From positions 55,366,001 to 55,430,000 of the forward strand of contig NC_042999.1 of NCBI RefSeq assembly GCF_006345805.1: a DNA stretch of 64,000 bases. The letters are read 5' to 3'. The DNA is from Octopus sinensis (taxonomy: Eukaryota). Under the pieces are notes generated by a model. That model did no database searches and had not been told where the DNA came from. It saw only the letters and a program-made list of their open reading frames with translations. Shown piece by piece: positions 24,600-38,229 of the stretch (its first letter is position 1; each line of letters opens with the position of its first letter). A program made the translations under genes and the position numbers.

Positions 24600-25350
24600 A
24601 TCTCCTGAAATGTAACCAGGGTCCGAAGACTTCTGTCCTGGAATTTAAAATGTTCCCCGGGTCGAGGGAGTTCTTTAACATTCTCGCCCGTCCAGCTATA
24701 CACAGCTTGTAACGCTTGCTCCTGTTGCTATAAGAGTCCGGTTTTTATAGGATCCTCTATGAGATTATGTGTGTAGTCCCTTCGTCGTTCAGGCGCCACA
24801 CATGGCTGGTCAAAGATATGACGTATCGTCTCTCCGGCATTCTAAACGAGGATCTGTGGTTGGAGAGGCGCTGCTTGAAGATGTTTCCAGAACATCCGAT
24901 ATATCTTCGTGTACGGCTGCTGGTGATGTTGCTTCCGTTGATGTTGACGCTGACACTTCCACTGTTGCTGATGCTGATGTTGGTGTTGGGTGCTTCTCTT
25001 TCGGATTTATGAGTTACTGGCGATCGATACACACAATTATTGGATAAATTCTTCAATAAGAAACGTTGTAACATTGAAATAGTGTGAATCCGATGAGCTT
25101 CAAACAGAACAAATTGCCATCTCCAACTGGAAATACGATGACAGTTCTTTAAAATTTGGGTTTTCTTGGACTGATTTATGGATATACAATGGCAAACCTA
25201 ACACAGCTTCTTACCAAATATAGTATTTAGCTTTAAAATGTTTAATAAAAAGACATTTTCATACTAAAGACGTATCTTTAGGGAAACAGTCAAATTATTT
25301 TTAAAATACTTCAGAACAACAGCCAAAAAGTACAACACCTCTAAAACTGA
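24600..25350 (-). mobile_element. Penelope-like element, GIY-YIG endonuclease fragment
   Basis: CVYRSPV...YIGCSGNIFKQRLSNHRSSFR...SLTSHVWRLND, then YSNRSKRYKLC and ILNSRTEVF, typical of the PLE C-terminus. Confidence 0.85.
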
Positions 25351-25844
25351 TAACATCTTTAAAAGGATAATATCATTGTTTAAAATTATAAATTTTTTTA
25401 ATGTACGATAATATTTTAAAAAATAATAAAACATTTTTAAACGTAATAATATTTTTATAAGTATAACAATGTTTGTAAAAGAATGCTAACATATCTAAAA
25501 GTTTAGCACCAGTTTCCTAAAAGACTGAAATACCGTCTGATCAACAAAGAAAAGGCACATACACATTTGAAATATGGTAATACAATTTTTGGAAATATCC
25601 ACAAAAATTTCTGGAAACACTCCAATTGCTATCGTAAAATATCTAAAATAGTTGATTAAAAAAAATATCAGGTTTCATATTTGGACGGAATCAGTTATTT
25701 TATGCTTGCGTGTACGAATATTCTTAAGACAATGCAGACCAAGAAGAAGAGAAGAAGAAGAAGAAGAAGAAGAAGAAGAAGAAAAGAAGAAGAAGAAGAA
25801 ATAGTGACTAAAATTCTTTCAAATGATAGAAATCGTTGGTAGAT

Positions 25845-26135
25845 TTTGAATTATTTGCTGACATTGAGGAAAATCTATGCTACACATTTCGATTTTGTTT
25901 TGGAAGTTGAAGAATCAAAATACCTGGGAACCAAAATGCAATTATTGGCATTAATTTGTTTTATTGATAAAAATCAAACTGAAAACCAGTGTTTTTGTTC
26001 CCAAGAATCACCAGATACTACAGGAGCTGAAGAAATTTTTCATATTATAAATTACTGCTTTGAAAATTAGGAATTATCATGGAAGTCGCATGTATGGAAA
26101 GGTTTACAAATCTAAATTTAAAAAGAGAAAGGAAA
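25845..26135 (+). mobile_element. hAT (ZBED/FAM200-like) transposase relic
   Basis: VLEVEESKYLG..MQLLALICF...ENQCFC..SPDTTGAEEIFHII....LSWK resembles ALQLDESTD..AQLL.FVR..E.FLFC..TT.GEDIF. Confidence 0.65.
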
Positions 26136-26799
26136 CACCATACATACATACATACATACATACATACATACATGCATACATACATACATACATACATACA
26201 TACATACATACATACATGCGTGCATGCATACATACATACATACATACATACATACATACATACATACGTACGTACATACATACATACATGCATACATACA
26301 TACATGGTGGCTGCCCCTTCGTTATCGAGTATGGCCATTGCACGAAACTTAATCAATGTTGTTATCGTGCAATGCCTGTGCAAGAAGATTTCTTTTAAAA
26401 GTGAGGAAAGGCTGTGCACTGAGTCAATCCCACTCACAGCAGCCATAATCCGAAAAGAAGAACAAGTCAACATCATCGGTAACCACTGAGCCGCAGGTTC
26501 TATATCGGAGTTATCCCAGTTACCTGAGTTACCTCCTCCTAGAAGGATGCCCTAACAAAGGCTAGGAGTCCTCCACTCCCAATGGTTTAACCGCGCGATC
26601 GGGTATTCAGTCCGATTATTTCTATGTCCCCGCGCATGATACAGCCTTAAGACATTTATTGGATGGCCGTTGACTCTCAAGAGTTTCTCTGCCTTTTGAC
26701 GGGTTTTGTTTTTCATCCCGCAGGGTGTCCAATAAACACCCTCCTCTCCAAGCAAGCTTGGTCGGGTTGCCGGTTTAGTCGCCGACGACCCGACCATGC

Positions 26800-26965
26800 A
26801 CAAAGGGCTTCTTTCAGTTTCCGTCTACCAAATCCACTCACAAGGCTTTGGTCGGCCCGAGGCTATAGTAGAAGGCACTTGTCCAAGGTACCACGCAGTG
26901 GGACTTAATCTGGAACCATGTGGTTGGTAAGCAAGCTACTTACCACACAGCCATTTCTGCGCCTA
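26800..26965 (-). mobile_element. SINE family C, 5' half
   Basis: Reverse complement of head and core. Confidence 0.85.
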
Positions 26966-27984
26966 TGAAGAATTGCAATTTATGCCATTTGTTCTTTACG
27001 CCCGTTTCGCTGGTGTGTCCATTGTCATCGTCAGCAGTTGGTACATTTAGATACTGAGCCATAACGGTTCCTCTGGAGGACCTTTTATTAAATGTTTGAA
27101 AATTATTTTTTAAGACTGACCTTGTTATCCACTCAACTGGACATGAACCATAGGAAGCTAATTACTCCCAACCGTCTCAAATTGCCGTATTTAATGCTAT
27201 TTAAGACACATTTTCCTCCCTCAAATAAATATCTCAAAGCAAATCAACTCGGGTCTTACGTACAACGTTGCGCATATATTACACACACTAAAAGGTTTTC
27301 CTTGAATATGCAATGCTGAAATTAGGGTGCTTGTGCGTTTTTATGCCATCAAATATGGCATGTAATAAACCAGACCGTCACATGTCATATGGCTGGTTGA
27401 CAGTCGGTGTATAGTTTTACAATATCAGGAAACAAAGCATATATTAAAAGAATTTTAATTTCACTTTTATCAAATTTATTGGTGCATTCACAAAATGAAA
27501 CTAATACTGATTTTTAATAGAAGAATATATATTACCTTAAAATAAATTAAATAATACAATATTAATAAAATAAAACCAAACTTAAAACTACAAGTCGATT
27601 ATATTTTGTAGTTCACATTCTTTCTTCCTTCCTTTCTTTTTTTTTTCTTTCCTTCCTTCTTTCTTTCTTTCTTTCTTTCTACACACACATATATGTATGT
27701 ATGTATGTATTTATGTATGTATGTATGTATGTATGTATGTATGTATGTATGTATGTATGTATGAAGGCACATATCTCAGTAGTTAGGGCGTTGCACTCAC
27801 GATTGTGAGATGGTGGTTTCGATTCCCAGAGTAGGCGTTGCGTTGTGTTCGTCGATAAGATGGAGATAATGAGCTTATGAAAACACAAGTATTTGATTAC
27901 GCTAAACAAACCATCTCCGTGGTTGTTCACCAAGAAGTTGCCGAACCCTCATATACCGCCAAATACGTGAGAGTCTATGATGTA

Positions 27985-28150
27985 TATATCTCCTTGTTTC
28001 TCTCCTTGTTTTTTCTGTGTCCCTTTCTGTAGAAGAGCGTAGGCTCGAAACGTAAAAGACTTTTTCTATTCCTGAGCGTTATACTAATACATCTGTTTGT
28101 TTGTACACCACGTGTCTTCGTCTTTTGTTTTTTCTTAAACTCTGCCTATA
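27985..28150 (+). mobile_element. Penelope-like family A with hammerhead-like motif
   Basis: cttt-ctgtaga-a-gagc-gtag-gctc-gaaacgta-aaag at 28023-28058. Confidence 0.65.
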
Positions 28151-28173
28151 TATATGATATATTATATATATAT

Positions 28174-28214
<41 letters not shown>

Positions 28215-28779
28215 TAGATGAAGTATAGATAGATAAATAGATAGATAGATAGATAGATAGATAGATTGCTAGATAGACAGATAGATAGATAGATAGACAG
28301 ACAGATAGACAGACAGACAGACAGACAGATAGACATATAAAACTTACTTGGAAATGGACGCGTGGTGTTCGATCATATAACAATATAAATAATATATATA
28401 TGCATATATATATATACATACATGTACATACCTACATATATATGTATATACACATGTTTTATCTAACGTTCGAAATGCGGAGCAGATTAAACAGTGGACA
28501 ACTGATGAAGGGATTCTTCTTCATGTTACCTGTTTCGTTTTTCCATTTGGTTCTTTCGTTGTTCGAAAAAAATGTTCGTTTTCCAAGTTTTTGCTTTTCA
28601 TGTTCTCGTATTTTTTGACGTCCTGTACCCATATATGCATGTGCATATACATATATATGTAGGTATGTACATGTATGTATTTATGTATGTATGTATGCAT
28701 GTATGTATGTATGTATGTATGTATGTATGTATGTATGTATATATGTATGTATATATGCCTATATCTGTATCTCTATATC

Positions 28780-28855
<76 letters not shown>

Positions 28856-28856
28856 A

Positions 28857-29346
28857 GGATGGCACGTATGAATGACGAAGCCACCTTGAGCATAATCCTA
28901 TGAACCCAGAAATTGAAAATAGAGGGTTACCCACTTTCAAACAAATGTGGTAACATATAATAATATTGACCAAGGTTACCGTGGTCTTTTTCGTAGGCTT
29001 TTCTTCCCACGGATAAACCTTACTTGCTTTCCCCTTTACACCATATATCATAACACTGTGATACACGATCCCTATTGATCGTTTTTTTTTCCTCTTCCCC
29101 TTTTTTCTTCTTTTTTCATTTCTCTTTTCTTTTGTTCCTTTTACCTTTTTTTCTTTTTATTTTTTAAAATTTTTTATTTTATTTTATTTTTTTTTGTTCT
29201 TTTCTTCCCTTTTACGATCCCTCTTGATCGAAAACCTACGCCACTCCCTTTTTTTTCTTTTGTTTTTTGTTTCATCCCCCAAAAGAAAAGCTCTACCTTG
29301 TAACTTGTCCCATCTGTGTGCAGCCCTGTGTGGCCAATAAAGAAAC
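28857..29346 (+). mobile_element. 5'-truncated Tx1-clade element (ORF2 end plus 3' UTR) inserted in (CTAT)n
   Basis: MARMNDEATLSIIL*, T-rich UTR, ends gccctgtgtggccaataaagaaac; (CTAT)n on both sides. Confidence 0.7.
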
Positions 29347-29407
<61 letters not shown>

Positions 29408-29428
29408 CATCTATCTATCCATCCATCC

Positions 29429-29490
<62 letters not shown>

Positions 29491-29492
29491 TA

Positions 29493-29531
<39 letters not shown>

Positions 29532-29677
29532 TTCTCTCTCTCTCTATATATATCTCCTCTATATATATATATATATATATATACGCGAATGGTTTTATTA
29601 TACGGCACCGCATTTTACAATCCTGTAAATAATAATAATGATATTTTTTTAATATAAATTTAAAGCTTATCGTAATC

Positions 29678-29871
29678 ACCGTGCAATGACTAAGGAAAAT
29701 AGTATAATAAAGGGGTATATAAGCCCTCGACAAAAAAAAGAAGGTTTCCCATCCGCTCGCGTTAAAAAAGGGATGTTGGTTGGGTCCCACGCGCATAGGA
29801 AAGCCTTCTTTTTTTCTATCGAGGGCTTATATGCCCCGTTACTTGATTATTTTCCTTAGTCATTGCACGGT
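29678..29871. mobile_element. MITE, 194 bp, long TIRs, 3-bp TSD ATC
   Basis: accgtgcaatgactaaggaaaata...tattttccttagtcattgcacggt with further internal inverted blocks; atc at 29675-77 and 29872-74. Confidence 0.85.
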
Positions 29872-30058
29872 ATCTTCAGCCATTTGACTGCAGCCACGAT
29901 GCACTTGCCTTTAGTCGAACAAATCGACCCCAGGACTTATTCTTTGTAAGCCTAGTACTTATTCTATCGGTGTCTTTTGCCGAACCGCTACGTTACGTAA
30001 ATACAACAACATCGGTTATCAAGCGATGGTGGGGGGGGGGACAAACACAGGCACACAA

Positions 30059-30094
<36 letters not shown>

Positions 30095-30408
30095 TTTTAT
30101 ACGTGTATATATATATATACACATCAGTGTAGCATGTTATACCTTACCTCCCTGCCTCAGGTATTTCTTGTTTTCTCCGTTTGCATTAACTCATTACTCT
30201 AAGATACGTAAAGTGCGTCACTGAAAACTGCTTGATAGAGCTGAGCCGAACTACGTGAGCACACACACACACACACACACACACCACACGAGCACACGAA
30301 CACTCACGCACACAAACACACACACACCACACACACACACACAAACACATACACACACACACACCAACACACGAACACTCACGCACACAAACACACATAC
30401 ACACACAT

Positions 30409-30445
<37 letters not shown>

Positions 30446-30854
30446 CACACACAAGTGTACACGCACAGGCATAGGTGTGTGTTTGCAGTATTAATAACAC
30501 TCTGTTTACCTGCCAAAGACAGCAGCAGATTTGAAGTACAGTTTGCTCAGTACAGGACAACTCACTTCTACATGGATATAACATAACAAAAAAAAAAAAA
30601 GAAAAACAATGCACGCACACACACACACACACATACATACCTACATACATACAAATATAAAACAAATGATTAGATAAATAAGGTTGTATGTTGTCGTCAG
30701 TGCAAACTGACAGACTGACGGGCAGACAAACAGACAAGCAACATATTAGGCAGCCGAGTACTAACTTTAGAGACACTTGCACTAAACTGTAGTACACTAC
30801 TCTATAACCTAAACTATAATATATTTCAGTCTTTTAAAATTCTACATTCATCCT

Positions 30855-31115
30855 GACGTGGCACTCCGTCGGTTGCGACGACGAGGGTGCCAGTTGATCC
30901 GATCAACGGAACGGCCTGCTCGCGAAATTAACGTGCACGTGGACGAGCACTCCACTGATACGTGTACCCTTAACGTAGTTCTCGGAGAGATTCAGCGTGA
31001 CAGAGAGTGTGACAAGGTTGGCCCCTCTGAAATACAGGAAGAAAGAGTGGGAGAAATTTGTGGTGGAAGAGTACAGCAGGGTTCGCCACCAACCTCTGCC
31101 GGAGCCTCGTGGAGC
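30855..31115 (-). mobile_element. SINE family R, tail type 1
   Basis: Matches 21590-21860. Confidence 0.85.
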
Positions 31116-31327
31116 TTGTTATTTTTCGTATTTTGTCATACACAAGTTTGAGAAATAAAACAAACCGATTTCTTCATTTTTAAATTACAGTTTTAGTATT
31201 AAAATAGCTTTTTATAAGTTCCTTTGTAGCAGCATCTCCGGTGTATCTTGTGATGTTTGGAGAAAGACGTTTTGTGTCAAAATAACAGGTAAGTAATGAT
31301 ATATACATAGAAACGTAAGCATGTGTA

Positions 31328-31424
<97 letters not shown>

Positions 31425-31429
31425 GTCTG

Positions 31430-31485
<56 letters not shown>

Positions 31486-31505
31486 CTATCCATCTATCTA
31501 TCTAT

Positions 31506-32910
31506 GGTTTGCCCTCAAGAGAGCAGTAAAAGCAGAAGCGATTAGGTACAGCAAAGCACTAGCCATAGATAGAAATAGAGTTGAGGGTGAGCTAGTTAAG
31601 AAGCTAGAAGAGGCAATTAGAAGCGGCATCGCATCCGACGTTTTGGCGGCGAGGTTGGCCCTCGACCAACACTTCAACGCCAAACACGAAGGATGTGCTG
31701 TCAGAGCTAGGATGCGTGCTCTAAGGAACGAAGGTGTTGGAGCCGCGAGAGAGGCCCGGGTGGCAGAGGCGCAACAGGGCAACAAACCACCATTCGGTCC
31801 CTGGTAGATGAACAGGGGCGCGAATTGCTCGAGCCAAGTAAAATGTGTGAGGCCTTTCAGCAGCATTTTGCCCGACTGTTCGGGACGAGTGGAGAGCAAG
31901 AACGTAGGGTGGACTTCAGTGCCTACCTACATAGCCTACCACGACTCGACAAGAAGGGCAGGGTGCTGCGAAGGTGCCATCACGGCGGCGGAAGGCAGGA
32001 GGCGATGGCATGGCAGAATGCTCGAGGGACAAATCACCGGTTTGGATGGTCTACTCTACGAGCTTTACAATTGTATGCCAGACTTGTTTGGAGATCTCTG
32101 GCGGCGGTGTACTGCAACTGGCAGCAAAACGGGAGCATTCCTGGTTTTGTGAGCCGAGGAGCCGTAACACTGCTGAAGAAAAGATCTAAACAAGGGAAAT
32201 GTAATAGATAACTTTAGGCCCATCACTCTGCTTAATGCAGACTTGAAAATTTTGGCCAAGGTGCTAGCCAAGAGGTTGGCGCTTGTCATCGAGAAACTGG
32301 TCGACAGGCGCAAACATGCGCCGTGCCGGGCCGGACCATCCATGACAACCTCCACCTGATGCGCTACATCATAGACAGGGTTGTTAACGAACCTGGCATG
32401 GGTGGGGCGCTGATCAATTTGGATCAATCGAAAGCTTTCGATAGGGTAGACCATCGAAACTTGGAGGCGGTCCTCAGAGCGGCTGGCTCGGTCCCGTCTT
32501 CCGCGGCTGGATAGCCGCTTTGTACAGAGGCATCCGTTCGGTAATTCGCGTGAATGGACATCTATCGAGACCCTTCGACATCGCACGTTCGGTCCGTCAG
32601 GGATGCCCCTCTCGTCGCTTCTATACATATTGACTCTCGAGCCATTATTGCGGAAGCTGGCAACTTTGAGGGGCATCCCGCGAGAACTGGGATGCGGGAC
32701 GAGCGTGTCTGCATACGCGACGACGTCACCGTCATAGTGTCTAGCCACGAGCACATCGAGCAGGTCGGCGAGACACTGAAAAACTACGAAGCGGTGACAG
32801 GAGCGAAAATCAACCGGGAAAAGTCAGTGGGCTTGCGACTAGGCACCTGGAGAAGCAAGCCCATGCCGTCCACCAGCGCCTCTGTCGTGGGACGCTGGAC
32901 CGACGGCCCG
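31506..32910 (+). mobile_element. Tx1/L1-clade retrotransposon ORF2 (linker plus reverse transcriptase), 5'-truncated, ends at gap
   Basis: [83 protein letters not shown]-like motif, GAKINREKS; starts right after (CTAT)n. Confidence 0.95.
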
Positions 32911-33010
32911 NNNNNNNNNNNNNNNNNNNNNNNNNNNNNNNNNNNNNNNNNNNNNNNNNNNNNNNNNNNNNNNNNNNNNNNNNNNNNNNNNNNNNNNNNN
33001 NNNNNNNNNN
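32911..33010. other. Assembly gap (100 N)
   Basis: Run of N. Confidence 1.
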
Positions 33011-33043
33011 TCTCTCTCTCTCTATCGATATATATATAGATAT

Positions 33044-33074
<31 letters not shown>

Positions 33075-33079
<5 letters not shown>

Positions 33080-33270
33080 GCCAGTGGCCAAGATAGATCG
33101 TTAGCCACTACACACCTTTTTTCTCTCCTTGTTTTTTTTCTGTATCCCTTTCTGTAGAAGAGCCTAGGATCGAAACGTAAAAGACTTGTTCTATTCCTGA
33201 GCGTTATACTAATACATCTGTTTGTTTTGTACACCACTTGTCTTCGTCTTTTTTTTTTCGTAAAATCTCC
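33075..33270 (+). mobile_element. Penelope-like family A
   Basis: Motif at 33148-33183 with a stem II mismatch; (AT)n flanks. Confidence 0.6.
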
Positions 33271-33271
33271 C

Positions 33272-33358
<87 letters not shown>

Positions 33359-33374
33359 CATATATATATATGTA

Positions 33375-33530
33375 TAGTTGAAATTTACAGATAAAACAAA
33401 GACGAAGACAAACAACAAGCAGGTGTATCAGTTTGACTTTCACTAAGGTGAGAAAGTCTTTTACGTTTCGAGCCTACGCTCCTCAACAGAAAGGACACAA
33501 GGAAATAAACATACAGAATATAAAAACTTT
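33375..33530 (-). mobile_element. Penelope-like family A variant, inverted
   Basis: Minus strand cttt-ctgttga-g-gagc-gtag-gctc-gaaacgta-aaag at 33458-33493. Confidence 0.6.
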
Positions 33531-33574
33531 TGAGTTAGCGGTCAATCATGTACATATACACATACATATATACA

Positions 33575-33661
<87 letters not shown>

Positions 33662-33874
33662 TATATATATAATAAAAGAAAATAATAAAAAGAATTTTGT
33701 TAAATCTTCGTTCAGCTCCATTTCTTCCTACACTAAATATATATATATATACATACATACATAAACATTTGCTAACACACACACACACACACTCACACAC
33801 ACACACACATACACTTTCACACACATACGGCATAAAATAGTTCAAGGACTAGTTAGGTTTAATAAAAAAAATAC

Positions 33875-33948
33875 GGGCATATGGCGTAGTAGTTAAGAGC
33901 GCAGGCTACTAACCCCAAGATTCCAAGTTCGATTCCAGGCAGTGACCT
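33875..33948 (+). mobile_element. tRNA-derived mini-retroposon / tRNA pseudogene (anticodon-like ACT) with (AAT)n tail
   Basis: A-box tggcgtagtagtt, loop ctactaa, B-box gttcgattcc, then acct + (AAT)n; stems imperfect. Confidence 0.6.
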
Positions 33949-33994
33949 AAATAATAATAATAATAATATTAATAATAGCAACAACAACAACAAC

Positions 33995-35461
<1,467 letters not shown>

Positions 35462-35469
35462 GAAAAATA

Positions 35470-35600
35470 ACTAAGGAGTGAGAACCCAGGTTCGAAATTT
35501 CCCCAATACACGTGATGAAGGCTGGAGGGTATATCAACCGAAAAGTTGTATTAAGAACAAACAAGATGAGGACAAATATCCGTCAAATGTAAATAATGTA
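35470..35600 (+). mobile_element. Penelope-like short element (family D) with hammerhead-like motif
   Basis: aatac..gtgatga-a-ggctg-gagggtatat-caacc-gaaaagtt-gtatt at 35505-35552. Confidence 0.45.
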
Positions 35601-35870
35601 AATTATGCTATTTAATTAAGTTTCAACATCATCTCCGTCGAAATAGTCACATTGAACAGCAAAACACTGGTCCCAGTGCTCCTGGCTCTTTTGGAATCTG
35701 GCCTGGAAGTCATTTTCTGTGAGTCGAGGACCTTCTGCAATTTGCTCTGGATCTCAACAACGGTGTTAAAACATTGACCTTTGAGCTACATTTGAGCTTC
35801 TTTGAGAAGAGATGGAACTCCACAGGCGCTTAGAATACCGAGCCAGACTGGAATTGCTTGATCACTGGGA
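35600..35870 (-). mobile_element. Mariner transposase C-terminal relic
   Basis: ENDFQARFQKSQEHWDQCFAVQCDYFDGD. Confidence 0.75.
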
Positions 35871-36499
35871 AACAACAGATGGTGCCGAAGAAAATATTAA
35901 GAACGGCTGTTGACTGCGCTAGAAACAGCAGCAAAGTCTCCTTCAGTTTACAATCAGTTTTTTAAAAAATGAAAGGATATATGAGGTAATGTAGTCGTTG
36001 ATATCCTTAAAAATTAGGACTGATACTGTTGGGTTAGTTAGATTAATGTTGCCACACCACCAAAATATTTCCTAAAATTCAAATATCTCTATAGCAACCT
36101 AGATTACTACTGCAACACCTCCCTAACAACACTATCTCTCCAACTCAAATCAGACACGTCTACAACACCTTACAACAGTATCACAACACCATCTCTCTTC
36201 AAGTCAGTTCAGACGCATCTACAACACCTCACAACACCATCCTAACAACATACAATCCTCATATATCTATGTGTTCGTTTGTTATTCTTGCTTTTCAACG
36301 GCTTAACAAGAGGTGCTGGTGTGTTTACGTCCCGAGAAACTGAGAACAGAAGAATAAGCACTATATTGATAGTGCATAGATGAGTTTCTTCGAAGACATT
36401 GCTCCAGAATGGCTGAAGTTCAGTGACTGAAGCAAGTAATAGAACAATAATAAAAAAGTATAATTGAAATACGATACAAAACGGGAAATATACGAAATA

Positions 36500-37070
36500 A
36501 AATACACACATTGGGTGGGGGGGTCCAGTCAATTAGATCGACCCCAGTACGCAAGGATGAAAGGCAAAGTTGACCTCGGCGGAATTTGAACCCAGAACGT
36601 AGCGGCATTTCGCTATGCCTTTCGCCCGGTCTGCTAACGTTTCTTATTTCTTTATTGCCCACAAGGGGCTAAACATATAGGAGACAAACAAGAACAGACA
36701 AATGGATTAAGTCGATTATATCGACCCCAGTGCGTAACTGGTACTTATTTAATCGACCTCGAAAGGATGAAAGGCAAAGTCGACCTCAGCGGAATTTGAA
36801 CTGAGAGCGTAACGGCAGATGAAATACCTATTTCTTTACTACCCACAAGGGGCAAAACACAGAGGAGACAAACAAGGACAGACAAACGGATTAAGTCGAT
36901 TACAACGACCCCAGTGCGTAAATAGTGCTTAATTTATCGACCCCTAAAAATGAAAGGCAAAGTCGACCTCGGCGGAATTTGAACTCAGAACGTAAAGACA
37001 GACGAAAAACTGCTAAGCATTTCGCTCGGCGTGCTAACGTTTCTGTCAGCGCGCCGCCATGCACATACAC
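36500..37070 (-). mobile_element. SINE family N head-to-tail multimer (~3 units, ~185-bp period)
   Basis: Core cgaccccagt repeats at ~36540, 36725 and 36907; single head at ~37065. Confidence 0.85.
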
Positions 37071-37071
37071 A

Positions 37072-37190
37072 CACAGCAGCCAAACACATACACATACAGC
37101 AGCCAAACACATACACACACAGCAGCCAAACACATACACACACAACAGCCAAACACATACACACACCGCAGCCAAACACACATACACATG
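37072..37190. repeat. ~24-bp minisatellite (acacagcagccaaacacatac) x5
   Basis: Direct reading. Confidence 0.85.
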
Positions 37191-37194
37191 AAGG

Positions 37195-37505
37195 CGCTCA
37201 CAATCATGAGGTAGTGAGTTCGATTCCCAGACTAGGCTGTGTTGTGTTCTTGAGCAAGACACTTTATTTCACGCTGACCCAGTTCACTCAGCTGTGGAAT
37301 TGAGTTGCAATGTCACTGGTGCCGAGCTGTATCGGCCTCTTTGCCTTTCCCTTGAATAACCTCGGTGACATGGAGAAAGGAGAGTGCTTTGCATGGACGA
37401 CTACTGGTCTTCCATAAACAGCCTTGCCTGGACTTGTGTTTTGGAGAGTAACTTTCTAGGTTCAAACCCATGGTCAATCATAGCCGAAGGGGCGCTTTAC
37501 CCTTT
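37195..37505 (+). mobile_element. Second CORE-like SINE family
   Basis: B-box gagttcgattccc, core gttgtgttcttgagcaagacactttatttcac, tail ...ggggcgctttaccc. Confidence 0.7.
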
Positions 37506-37519
37506 ATATATATATATAT

Positions 37520-37810
37520 ATAGCTTGCTTACCAGCCAGATGGTTCCGAGTTCAGTCCCATCGCGTGGCACCTTGGGCAAGTGTCTTCTACTATAACTTC
37601 GGGCTGATCAAAGCCTTGTGAGTGGATTGGTAGTTAGAAACTGAAAGAAGCCCGTTGTATGTGTGTGTGTTTGTGCGTTTACGTCATCGTAACTTAGCGG
37701 TTCGGCAGAAGATAGCGATAGGGTAAGTACTAGGCTTACAAAGAATAAGTCCTGGGATCGACGTGTTCGACCAAAGGCGGTGCTCCAGCATGACTGCAAT
37801 CAAATGAAAC
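37520..37810 (+). mobile_element. SINE family C
   Basis: Core and tail motifs. Confidence 0.85.
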
Positions 37811-37845
37811 AATTATATATATACATATATACATATATTTATATG

Positions 37846-37877
<32 letters not shown>

Positions 37878-37944
37878 ATATATATATAATATATATATAT
37901 ATATATTATGTGCGTGTGTGTGTGTGTATATATATATGTACCCA

Positions 37945-37989
<45 letters not shown>

Positions 37990-38229
37990 ATTATATATAT
38001 ATATATATATATAAAGCTAGATAAGCCTTAATATATGCCAGCATAAATGTATTGTATTGCCATCATTACGTAAGCAAATGTCGAAACTTTACGAGGACAG
38101 ATCAGATTCGAAGAAAATGTCATTTCAATTTTACTCTATTAAATTTCGTGGTGACAGTCTTTCGTGAACTTGGAAATGATTTTGTATGAAACTGAAAGTG
38201 AACCCATAGGAAAAAATATCATTAAGACA

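Noticed and set aside
26300-26520. Exon-like signals and AILDNEG / VVTDDVDLFF peptides
   Set aside because: Splicing the pieces gives early stops; resemblance to adaptor-sigma or PIN-like transposon motifs is too weak
28490-28530. ctgatgaaggga hammerhead-like start
   Set aside because: No downstream GAAA at the expected distance
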